NCBI GenBank assembly: GCA_963814585.1
Contig: CAWFDF010000016.1
Span: 32,001-96,000 of the forward strand
DNA from: an uncultured delta proteobacterium
GTDB taxonomy: Bacteria; Myxococcota; Myxococcia; Myxococcales; Anaeromyxobacteraceae
Length of the DNA stretch: 64,000 nt
Direction: 5' to 3'
Positions 1 to 8,571 of the stretch are shown here, in pieces. The position numbers and the translations under genes are program-made. The notes beneath the pieces were generated by a model. That model saw only the letters and a list, made by a program, of their open reading frames with translations. It ran no database searches and was not told where the DNA came from. Position 1 is the first letter of the stretch. Each line of letters opens with the position of its first letter.

Positions 1-1499
1 GTGGCCGCGACGGTGGTCCACTTCGTGGCGCCGGTCACGCCCTGGGTGGCCCTGGCCATCTGGCTGGCGGGCCTGGCGCTGGCCGTCGCCCACCGGCGCT
101 GGCTGCTCGAGGCGGCCGACCGGCGCCACCTGCTCCCGCTCGCCGCCCTGCTCGGCGCGGCGGCCTTCCTGGCCCGCTCCCCGGACTTCCAGTACGACAC
201 CGGCTACTACCACCTGCAGCAGGTCGCCTGGCTCCAGCGCGCCTCGACCTACCTGGGCACCGCCAACGTCCACTACCGGCTCGGCTTCAACACCCTCTGG
301 TCGCCCGTGGCGGCGGCGGTCGAGCTCCCCTGGCTCGAGGGCGAAGAGCGCCTTCTTCCTCAACCTGCTGCCCATCCTCTTCGCCGGGCAGGCGGTCCTG
401 GTCGGGATCGCCGGCCTGCTCCGGGGCCGCTGGTCCTTCGCCGCCTGGCTCCTGGCCGGCGGCGCGCTCCCGCTGGCCAGCGCCACCTTCGGCGTGGGCG
501 GGCTCTTCGTGGACTACTCGCTGGCGCTGGTGAGCTTCCTCGCCTGGGCGCTCTGGGCCGCGGCCCTGGAGCGTGGCGAGGGCGGGCTCGGCCCCGAGGC
601 GCTCCCGGCGGCGCTGCTCTCGATCCTGGCGCTCCTGCTCAAGGCCTCGGCCGCCCCGCTCCTGGGCTTCGGCGTGGTCCTGCTCCTGGTGCGCCGCAGC
701 TCGGTCGAGCGATCGACCTGGAGGGCGCTGGCCATCGCCGCCCCGGCGGCGGTCCTGCCCTGGCTGGCGCGCGGGGTGGCGCAGTCGGGCTGCCTGGTCT
801 TCCCGGCGGCGCCCACCTGCCTGTCGTTCCTCCCCTGGGCGGTTCCACGTGACCGCGTGGCCGAGATCGCCCGGGTGATCGGCGACTGGGCCCGGGCGCC
901 CGGGCTCAATGCTCCGCCCCTCTCCACCTGGGTGCCGCTCTGGCTGCCGGGCGTCCTGGCCGACTACCCGGAGGCGAAGCTGCTGCCGGCCATCTTCCTG
1001 CTCGGCCTCGCGCTCCTGGCGGTGGTCCGGCCGCGCCTCACCGCGGCCTTCGCCTGGGTGACCGGCGGCGCGGCGCTCTCCAGCGCCTTCTGGTTCCTCA
1101 CGGCCCCCGACATGCGGTTCGGCCTCGGCGCCCTCCACGCGCTGGCCCTGGCCCCGGCGGCGCTGGCGCTCGGCGGGCTCGCGCTGGGCGAAGGTCCCGC
1201 CCCTGGCTCGGGTCGCGGCGGCCCTGGCTCCGGCGGTGCTGGCGGCGGGCCTGGTGCTGGCCCTCGACGGCCAGGAGCGGAGCGGCACCACCTTCAACCT
1301 GCCGCCGTGGCGCCCACCGGTGCTGGAGTGGCCGGTCATGCCGGAGGAGCGGATGGTCCGGGTGAGGACCAGGGCGGGGGTGGTGCTCTTCGCGCCCGAT
1401 TGAGGCGAGCGCTGCTGGGCCGCCCCGCTGCCCTGCACGCCGGAGCCGGACGACGCGCTGCGCTTCGACGGCTACTACCACGTGGGGCAGCGTCCCTGA
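1..1499 (+). CDS. Polytopic membrane protein, LIC_10190-like (5' end truncated by the window; two +1 frameshifts near 340 and 1185; in-frame TGA at 1401)
   Basis: Motif DTGYYHLQQVAW..GTANVHYRLGFN, many TM segments spread over three frames, C-terminal CWAAPLPCTP, final stop at 1497-1499. Confidence 0.6.
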
Positions 1500-1675
1500 T
1501 GCCCTGACCCAGGCAAGATGCCTGCTGCGAGAGTCGATCCTCTCGCTGCGGCAGGCGGCCTCGTCGGTCCGCTGCTCAGGGTAGCGCTGCTGCGCTTCCG
1601 CTGCTCCCTCCGCGGGCGCCTGCCTCGCTTCGGTCTCGGCGCTCTCGTCACGTCATCTTGCCTGGATCGGGGCAC
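1499..1675 (+). repeat. Dispersed ~177-bp repeat with terminal inverted repeats, copy 1 (MITE/REP-like)
   Basis: ATGCCCTGACCCAGGCAAGATG...CATCTTGCCTGGATCGGGGCAC; near-identical copies at 21757 and 61701. Confidence 0.9.
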
Positions 1676-1756
1676 TTGGCGCCCTGACTTCGGACCCGGG
1701 GCCTCGGCCGCCGGGCGAGGCGACGATCGAGCCCGGCGGCGTGCTAGACGTGGGGC

Positions 1757-3570
1757 ATGGTGCGCGCCTCCGGACCCTCGAACAAGGTGGACGAGCGCCT
1801 CGGGCTGGAGTGGCAGGGCGGTGGCCGGTCCGCGGTCGGGGCCCTGCCCGGCGCGGCGCTCCTGGCCGTCGTCGCGCTGGCCGCCTTCTGGCCCGCGCTC
1901 AGCGGCGGCTACGTGTTCGACGATCACGACCTGCTCGAGTCCGGCACCGTCGTCACCGGGTCGCTGGCGAGCCTCTGGCGCGGCTCCGGCGCCGACTACT
2001 GGCCGCTCACCTCGACGACCTTCTGGCTCGAGCACCGGCTGTTCGGGGGCTCACACCTCCTCGGCCACCTCGTCAACCTGGCGCTCCACGTCGTCACCGC
2101 GTTCCTGCTGTGGCGCGTGCTCCTCCGGCTCGCCGCTGCCGGGGGCCTACGCCGCGGCGCTGCTGTTCCTGGTCCACCCGGTCACGGTCGAGTCGGTGGC
2201 GTGGATCTCCGAGCGCAAGAACGTCCTCTCCGGGGCGCTGTTCATGGGGAGTGGTCTGGCCTGGCTGGCCTACCGATCCGCGGGCGGCTGGCACCGGCAG
2301 GTCTCGGCGCTGCTGCTCTTCCTGCTGGCCCTGCTCGCCAAGACCTCCACCGTCATGCTGCCGGTGGTGCTGGTCGGGCTGGAGCTGGCTTCGCCCACAG
2401 TCTGGCCGCCGCCGCCGCCTCCTGGCGCTCCTGCCTTTCTTCGCGCTGTCCCTGCTCCTCGGCTCGGTCACCCTGTGGTTCCAGTGGACCCGCGCGCTCG
2501 CCAGCACCGGAGACGCCCGCTCCGTGGCGGAGCGGCTGCTCTGGCCGGGGTGGACGGTGGCGACCTACCTGCGTCACGCCGTGCTGCCGATTGACCTGGC
2601 GCTGCTCTACCCGCCCTGGCCGGTCTCGCCCCGGACCTGGTGGTTCGCGGTGCCCACCTTCCTGGTGGCGGCGCTGCTCGCGGCGGCCTGGCGCTGGCGG
2701 TCCGGCCCGGGTCGTGGGCTCTTCGAGGCGCTCGCCTACCACGCCACCATGGTGCTGCCGGTGTCCGGGGTGGTCCACATCGCCTTCTTCCTGTGGAGCC
2801 CGGTCGCCAACCACCTGCAGTACCTGGCCCTGCCCGGACCGCTGGCGTGGGTGGCGTCGCTCCTGGCGGGGCTCCGGCCCGGGCGGTGGCGCCGCGCCGG
2901 GGCGGTCGTCGTGGCCGGCGTCGCCGTGGCCATGGCGACGTCGACGCACCTGCGAGCCCGCGCCTTCGAGGACGACTCCACGCTCTGGGCGGCGGCGGCC
3001 AGCCAGGCTCCGGACAGCCTCCACGCCAGCTGGATGCACGCCGTGGCGCTCCGCAAGTCCGGCCAGCCGGCCCGCGCCCTCGGCGTGCTGGCGGCGCTGG
3101 CCGAGGGGGCGAGCGACGAGGGGACCCGGCACGCCGGCCGCTGCCTCTGGTTCCTCGAGCTGCGCCGGAACGGCGAGGCGCTCGAGCAGGCCCTGGCCTT
3201 CGATCGGATCCGCCACGACCACATCTTCCAGCTCGACGTCTCGATCAAGCTCCTGACCCAGGGAGGGGCGGTCGAGGCCCTGGCGCTGCTGGTGCCGCTG
3301 GCGAGGCGGAACCCGGGCAGCTGGGAGGTCCGTCACTGGCAGCGCCGGGCCCTGGACGAGCTCAGGCTCGCCGGAGGGGCCAGGGAGGCGCTGCGCGCGG
3401 CCTGTGGCGGCTCGCCGCTGGACGGCTGGAGCTGCAGGACGCTCGCCGCGCTCGCCGCGGACGCGGGCGATCGCCAGGAGGCCCGCCGGAGCCTGGCCGC
3501 GGCGCTGGAGCGATCGCCGGCGGACCCCGAGGTGGAGCGGGAGCTGGCGGCGCTGGAGGGCAGCCTGTAG
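1757..3570 (+). CDS. TMTC-like GT-C glycosyltransferase/membrane protein with C-terminal TPR-like helices (two +1 frameshifts near 2130 and 2395)
   Basis: GYVFDD, YWPLT, HLVNLALH, HPVTVESVAWISERK and LLAK motifs pieced together from ORFs 1757, 1518 and 1741. Confidence 0.75.
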
Positions 3571-3672
3571 CGAGCCGGACCGCGTCGGGCGGGCCTGCCA
3601 TTGCCCAGCAAGGCCGGGCGCCGAGGCGCGAGGATCGGCTCTCTCCGGAGGCATCTCGTCCGGAGCGAGGCC

Positions 3673-4830
3673 CTAGCGCCTTCCGTTCCGCTGCGAGAGC
3701 TCGGCCATGAGCGGCGCGCCGCCCACCGGCACCCAGCCGCCGCCCTCGGCGCGGAGCACGGCGTGCACCCGGAGCGGCTGGTGGCTGGTGCGCGGGTCGA
3801 GCTCCTGGTGGAGCGGCAGGTTGAAGTAGTAGAGGCGCGTGCCGGTCCCGAAGCGGAGCCGGCAGGCCGGCGTGCCATGGAAGTCGTCGGTGGAGAACTC
3901 CGGCGTGGCCACCCGGGCCAGCCGGTGCCGGGGCCCGAGGAACACCGAGGAGACGCCGAAGCCGCCCGGGACGGGGTCGCCGAGCTCGCTCCCCTCGGAG
4001 CTGTTGCCGAAGACGGTGATGGTCTCCCTCACGCCGGGCGTGTCCTCCAGGTACTCGCCGTAGAACCCGGCCAGCACGTCCCGGTAGGCGCGGTGCTCGG
4101 GCTTGGGGTTGCACTGGATCACGAAGAGCGCGTCCAGGGTCCGGCGCGCCGCGAAGTACTGCTGGTTGGCGTGGTCGACGATGAGCCGGATGTTGGAGCC
4201 GTAGAGGTCCCGGTACAGGTAGTCGAGGCAGATCAGCACCATGAAGTGGAAGAAGGCCGGCTGGGCGCGGAACCACCAGAAGTGCCGGCCCCGGTACAGG
4301 TCGCCGGACTTGTCGAGGAACTCCTCGGCGCGGAACGGGTGGCTCTTGGCCTCGAAGAACACCCGCAGCCGCCCGCTCGCCTCCTTCACCGCCACGCAGC
4401 ACCAGTTCACCGGGATGTCGGGGAGCGCCCCGGCCGCCAGGTCGCGCTCGACCGCCGGGATGGCCAGCCGGTTGTCGTCGCCGAAGCGCACCAGGGTGTC
4501 GAGGTAGGCGCGCAGCGGGACGTGCTCCAGGCCGAACATGGTCACGGTGCTGGGCCGGAAGCGTTCGCGCACGATGGCGAGGGCGTCGTCGAGCCGCGAG
4601 GCGGGCAAGGCCGCCTCCGGGAAGGTGAGGAAGTGGAGCTTCTGGAAGCGATCGTCCCGCGCCACCAGCTCGAGCACCGAGGCCACGGTGCTCCACTGCG
4701 CCTCGCGGTCCCGCAGGGCGAACCCCTGCGCGGTGGCGATGACCCGCACCGGGACCTGGGCCACCAGGCAGTGGAGGTGGTTGCCCCGCGGGTAGTCGAG
4801 GTTGACCTCGGCCTCGAGGATCTGGATCAC
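3673..4830 (-). CDS. Uncharacterised protein with carbon-nitrogen hydrolase (nitrilase-fold)-like motifs
   Basis: TFPEA, FEAKSHP and LICLD resemble the E-K-C triad; probable GTG start at 4830. Confidence 0.55.
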   Translation of the reverse strand: MIQILEAEVNLDYPRGNHLHCLVAQVPVRVIATAQGFALRDREAQWSTVASVLELVARDDRFQKLHFLTFPEAALPASRLDDALAIVRERFRPSTVTMFGLEHVPLRAYLDTLVRFGDDNRLAIPAVERDLAAGALPDIPVNWCCVAVKEASGRLRVFFEAKSHPFRAEEFLDKSGDLYRGRHFWWFRAQPAFFHFMVLICLDYLYRDLYGSNIRLIVDHANQQYFAARRTLDALFVIQCNPKPEHRAYRDVLAGFYGEYLEDTPGVRETITVFGNSSEGSELGDPVPGGFGVSSVFLGPRHRLARVATPEFSTDDFHGTPACRLRFGTGTRLYYFNLPLHQELDPRTSHQPLRVHAVLRAEGGGWVPVGGAPLMAELSQRNGRR

Positions 4831-5066
4831 GATGCCCGCCCCCTCGGTCCGCTCCGGCCCCAGCCGCCCGGCGGCGCCCGGCCCGATCGAGGGCGCCCTG
4901 CCGGCCGACCCCTCCACCTTGCGGCGGCGACGCCGGCGGGGCAACCGGCCTCACGGGGCGCCTGGCGAGCCGACGCCGGCCAAGCCCGGGCGGGTTCTCC
5001 CGAGGCGACCCACCGCGGCGACCGGACCAGGTTCGCTCCCCGGTCGGGGGGCCCCGGACAGGCAGC

Positions 5067-5115
5067 TTGACGGATGGCACCGCGCCCAGCACATTCAACC
5101 ATTCAATTGACAATG
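5067..5115 (+). promoter_or_regulatory. Sigma70-like promoter with overlapping candidate ArsR-family operator
   Basis: TTGACG (5067-5072), 17 bp, CACATT (5090-5095); AT-rich ATTCAACCATTCAATTGACAAT just before the ArsR start. Confidence 0.55.
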
Positions 5116-5805
5116 ATCAATATCGAGACCCGTCGTCGATCGGCGCTCGCCCACTACGGCGAGATCGCCCGCCTGGGCAAGGCGATGGCCAGCCCGGTCC
5201 GGCTGCAGCTCCTCGACCTCCTCCGGCAAGGGCCGCGAACCGTCGAGGAGCTGGCCGGCACCGCCGGCGTCACCGTCGCCAACTCGTCTCGCCACCTCCA
5301 GCAGATGCGCTCCGCCCGGCTGGTGACCGCGGCGCGGGAGGGGCGCCACGTCCGCTACCGGCTGGCGGACGGCGGCGTCTCGGAGGCCTTCGGGATGCTC
5401 CGGGGCCTCGCCGAGACCCTGCTCCCCGAGATGGACCGGCTGCGGCGCGAGCTGGGCGCGCTCGAGGCCTCCGAGCGCCAGGCGCTGCTGTCCGACCTCC
5501 GCGGCGGACGGAGCACGCTCCTCGACGTCCGCCCCGCCGAGGAGTTCGAGGCGGGGCACCTGCCCGGGGCCCGATCGATCCCCCTCGACGAGCTGCCCTC
5601 GCGCCTCGACGAGCTCCCTCGCGACCGGCCGGTTGTCGCGTATTGCCGCGGCCCCTACTGCCCGCTTGCCGCGGACGCCGCGGAGATCTTGAGTCGGGCC
5701 GGCTACCGCGCCCGGCACCTCGACCTCGGCGTCCCGGACCTGACCCCGGCACGGCCGCACCGCAGCAGCAGCGCACTCCACCTTCGCACGAGGAAGTCCC
5801 GATGA
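5113..5805 (+). CDS. ArsR/SmtB-family transcriptional regulator fused to a rhodanese domain
   Basis: HTH region SPVRLQLLDLL..TVEELA..ANSSRHLQ; rhodanese LDVRPAEEFEAGHLPGA and YCRGPYC. Confidence 0.9.
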   Translation: MINIETRRRSALAHYGEIARLGKAMASPVRLQLLDLLRQGPRTVEELAGTAGVTVANSSRHLQQMRSARLVTAAREGRHVRYRLADGGVSEAFGMLRGLAETLLPEMDRLRRELGALEASERQALLSDLRGGRSTLLDVRPAEEFEAGHLPGARSIPLDELPSRLDELPRDRPVVAYCRGPYCPLAADAAEILSRAGYRARHLDLGVPDLTPARPHRSSSALHLRTRKSR

Positions 5806-6749
5806 GAGCCATCCACGCCGCCGTCGCGCTGTCCCTCCTCTCCCTGGCCACCCCGGCCCTGGCCGCCGACGAGTTCATCGGCCACGAGGAGGCCAAGGGG
5901 CTGGTCGGAAAGCCCAACGTCCGCTTCGTCTGGGCCGACGCCGAGAAGGAGCTCGTCAAGGGGCACATCCCCGGCTCGGTGGAGGCCTACGCCCACGACC
6001 TGCACCTCCTCGACGACGTCAAGGCGTGCAAGGGCCTGCCCATGTGCGAGCCGCGCGCCGGCAAGTTCATCGGCGAGAAGCTGGGCATCGACGCCGGCAC
6101 CGAGGTGGTGGTCTACGACGGCGGCCCCGGCGTCAACGCCAGCGGCGCCTGGTTCTTCCTCAAGCTCTACGGCGTGAAGAAGGTCCGCATCCTCGAGGGT
6201 GGGCTGGCCACCTGGAAGGCCCACGGCGGGCCGGTGGAGGCGGGCCCGCCGGCCAAGGTGGCGGCCAGGCCGTTCACGCCCGCCGTCGACTGGAGCATGA
6301 TCGCCGCGGTCGACGAGGTGAAGAAGGCCAGCGGCGACGCCGCGCACTACCTGCTGCTGGACTCCCGCCACAACCTCGACGAGTTCACCGGCAAGACGCT
6401 GCAGGGCGCCCTGGCCTCCCCGGACAAGGAGGAGACGGTGAAGCGCGGCGGCGCCATCCCCGGCGCGGTCTTCTCCCCGTGGAGCAAGTACGCCGGCAAC
6501 AAGGACGGCCAGGCCGACAAGCCGACGCTGAAGACCCAGGCCGACCTGGTGAAGCAGCTCGAGAAGCTGAAGAAGAACGGCTACGACCCCGCCAAGACGG
6601 TCATCAGCTACTGCCACGTCGGCCTCGGCCGCGGCTCCTTCCAGTACCTGGCCCTCCAGAAGGCCGGCCACAAGAACGTCAAGGTCTACGTCGGCTCCTG
6701 GGACGAGTGGGGCAACGACCCCTCGCTCCCGCTGGCCGCGCAGCCCTAG
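5802..6749 (+). CDS. Secreted tandem-domain sulfurtransferase (rhodanese)
   Basis: Sec signal ending ALA; GHIPGS, ILEGG, GGAIPGA, active-site YCHVGLGR, VYVGSWDEW. Confidence 0.88.
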   Translation: MRAIHAAVALSLLSLATPALAADEFIGHEEAKGLVGKPNVRFVWADAEKELVKGHIPGSVEAYAHDLHLLDDVKACKGLPMCEPRAGKFIGEKLGIDAGTEVVVYDGGPGVNASGAWFFLKLYGVKKVRILEGGLATWKAHGGPVEAGPPAKVAARPFTPAVDWSMIAAVDEVKKASGDAAHYLLLDSRHNLDEFTGKTLQGALASPDKEETVKRGGAIPGAVFSPWSKYAGNKDGQADKPTLKTQADLVKQLEKLKKNGYDPAKTVISYCHVGLGRGSFQYLALQKAGHKNVKVYVGSWDEWGNDPSLPLAAQP

Positions 6750-6764
6750 CGCCCGGGAGCGTCC

Positions 6765-7892
6765 ATGCTCGGTCCCTTCCTCACGGGCGCCCTCACCGGC
6801 GCGGGCTTCGGGGTGGTGCTGTACAAGGTCGGCGCCACCCGCTACTCGCGCGTCATGGGGATGCTCACCCTGCGCGACACCAAGGTGATGAAGTTCGCCT
6901 TCACCGCCATCGGGGTGGCCTCCATCCTCTACGGCCTGGCCGCGGCGCTCGGCCTGGCCGAGGGGTGGGGGCTGGCGCCGCGGGTGATGCCCTGGCTGGG
7001 CGGCGCCCACCTGCTCGGCGGCGCGCTCTTCGGCGCCGGCCTGGGCATCTCCGGGCTCTGCCCCGGCACCTGCGTGGCCAAGTCGGGCGGGCGGGGCGGC
7101 GACAAGAAGTTCGCCACCCTGGGCGCGATGGTGGGGCTGGTCGCCGGCGTGCTCGTCTACGCCGCCATCAAGGACTGGCTGCTGGCCTCCGGCGTCATCG
7201 CCGCCAACCAGAAGCCGCTCACCGTCTACGGCGAGCTGGGGCTGCCCTACGCGGCGGCGGCGCTGGCCTGGGGGGCGCTCTTCGTGCTGATCGCCCTCTT
7301 CGCCGACCGGTTCACGCCGGAGAAGACCTACCAGCCGGCGCAGCCTCGCCAGGGGCTCCTCGACGTCGTGCGCGGCGAGTGGAGCTGGGTCGCCTCCGGC
7401 ACCGTGGGCGGCGTGCTGGTGGTGCTGGCCACCGCCCAGGGCGGCTACCTGGGCTTCTCGGGCGCGCTGCTGGCGGCCACCGGCTGGGCGGCCCAGGCGG
7501 TGGGCCACCCGCTCGAGCTGGTCCCTCGCATCAACGCCGACATCGTCTGGCGCGCCGCGCTGATCGTCGGCGTCTGGCCGGGCGCCTGGCTGGCGCACCG
7601 GGTCTCCCTCCCGTCGAGGGCGGCGGTGGAGGCCCCGGTGGCCAAGGTGCTCGACCCGGCCGCCATCGGCCGCAGCTTCGGCGCCGCCACCATGATGGCC
7701 GCCGGCGCGCTCATCGGCGGCGGCTGCACCACCGGCGCCTTCATCGCCGCCTGGCCGACCATGTCGCTGGGGAGCCTGGCCATGGCCGTGACCTTCTTCC
7801 TGGTCTCCATGGCGGTGGCCGGCGGCCGCAGCCTGGCCCACACCCTCGACGTCGGCGCCGCCCAGGCGGCGGGCGACCGCGTCTATGACTGA
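6765..7892 (+). CDS. YeeE/YedE-family sulfur-compound (thiosulfate-type) transporter, two fused halves
   Basis: Multi-TM; GGALFGAGLGISGLCPGT and GALIGGGCTTG motifs. Confidence 0.88.
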   Translation: MLGPFLTGALTGAGFGVVLYKVGATRYSRVMGMLTLRDTKVMKFAFTAIGVASILYGLAAALGLAEGWGLAPRVMPWLGGAHLLGGALFGAGLGISGLCPGTCVAKSGGRGGDKKFATLGAMVGLVAGVLVYAAIKDWLLASGVIAANQKPLTVYGELGLPYAAAALAWGALFVLIALFADRFTPEKTYQPAQPRQGLLDVVRGEWSWVASGTVGGVLVVLATAQGGYLGFSGALLAATGWAAQAVGHPLELVPRINADIVWRAALIVGVWPGAWLAHRVSLPSRAAVEAPVAKVLDPAAIGRSFGAATMMAAGALIGGGCTTGAFIAAWPTMSLGSLAMAVTFFLVSMAVAGGRSLAHTLDVGAAQAAGDRVYD

Positions 7893-7902
7893 GAGGCGAG
7901 CC

Positions 7903-8040
7903 ATGACCACCCAGGTCAGAGTCCTCCTCGTCGCCGCCATCCTGGCCCTGGCCCTCGGCTGGGCCGGCCTGCGACGCGGCAACCAGGCGCTCGAGCTGCG
8001 CCTGGCCAGCCAGCCCGCGGCCGGGGAGCGGTCGCCATGA
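7903..8040 (+). CDS. Small (45 aa) single-TM protein, absent from the ORF track
   Basis: RBS GAGAGG; MTTQVRVLLVAAILALALGWAGL...; stop overlaps the next ATG (ATGA). Confidence 0.6.
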   Translation: MTTQVRVLLVAAILALALGWAGLRRGNQALELRLASQPAAGERSP

Positions 8041-8507
8041 GGCGCGCCCGCCTCGAGCCGCTGGCCTACGCCGCGGCGCTGCTGGTGCTGGCCGGGCTCC
8101 TCGGCTTCGAGGGGCGCCGGCGCGTCGAGCTGGAGCGCCAGCTGCCGGTGGAGCCGAAGGAGCTGTACCGGCTGCTGGCCAGGACGCAGGCCACCTGGCA
8201 GCTCCTCGACATCCGGCCCGACCTGTCCGAGGGCTACGACGACGCCCACGTCCCGGGCGCCCTGCCGCTGCCCGGTTGCGACCCGGCGGCCGCGCCCGAG
8301 GCGGCCCGGGCCCGCATCCTCACCACCGTCCCCACCGTGGTGATCTCGGCCGAGGGCGGCGAGCCCGGCCTGCAGGAGTGCCTGGCCCGCTTCGCCTCGG
8401 CGCGCAGCCTGGCCGGCGGCATGGAGGCCTGGAGCGCGGCGAGCCTGCCGGAGGACTCCGGCGAGTACACCCCGCCGTCGGCCAAGGCCGGCGGCGGCTG
8501 CCTCTGA
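8037..8507 (+). CDS. Membrane-anchored rhodanese-like domain protein ending GGGCL
   Basis: N-terminal TM; LLDIR, AHVPGA, LAGGMEAW motifs. Confidence 0.8.
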   Translation: MRRARLEPLAYAAALLVLAGLLGFEGRRRVELERQLPVEPKELYRLLARTQATWQLLDIRPDLSEGYDDAHVPGALPLPGCDPAAAPEAARARILTTVPTVVISAEGGEPGLQECLARFASARSLAGGMEAWSAASLPEDSGEYTPPSAKAGGGCL

Positions 8508-8571
8508 CGAGGACGGCCGGGAAGAGGGCACGCGAGAGCGCGGAACGGAGCGGGAACGGAGGGAGACCGAC

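Noticed and set aside
1398..1499. In-frame TGA at 1401 as selenocysteine or recoding
   Set aside because: The position is not in a redox motif and the gene already has other errors. Sequencing error or decay is more likely.
1518..1700. Similar peptides (…PLAAAGGLVGPLL…LRFRCSL…) in ORFs at 1518, 21730 and 61655-62050 as a protein family
   Set aside because: They are translations of the non-coding 177-bp repeat in varying contexts.
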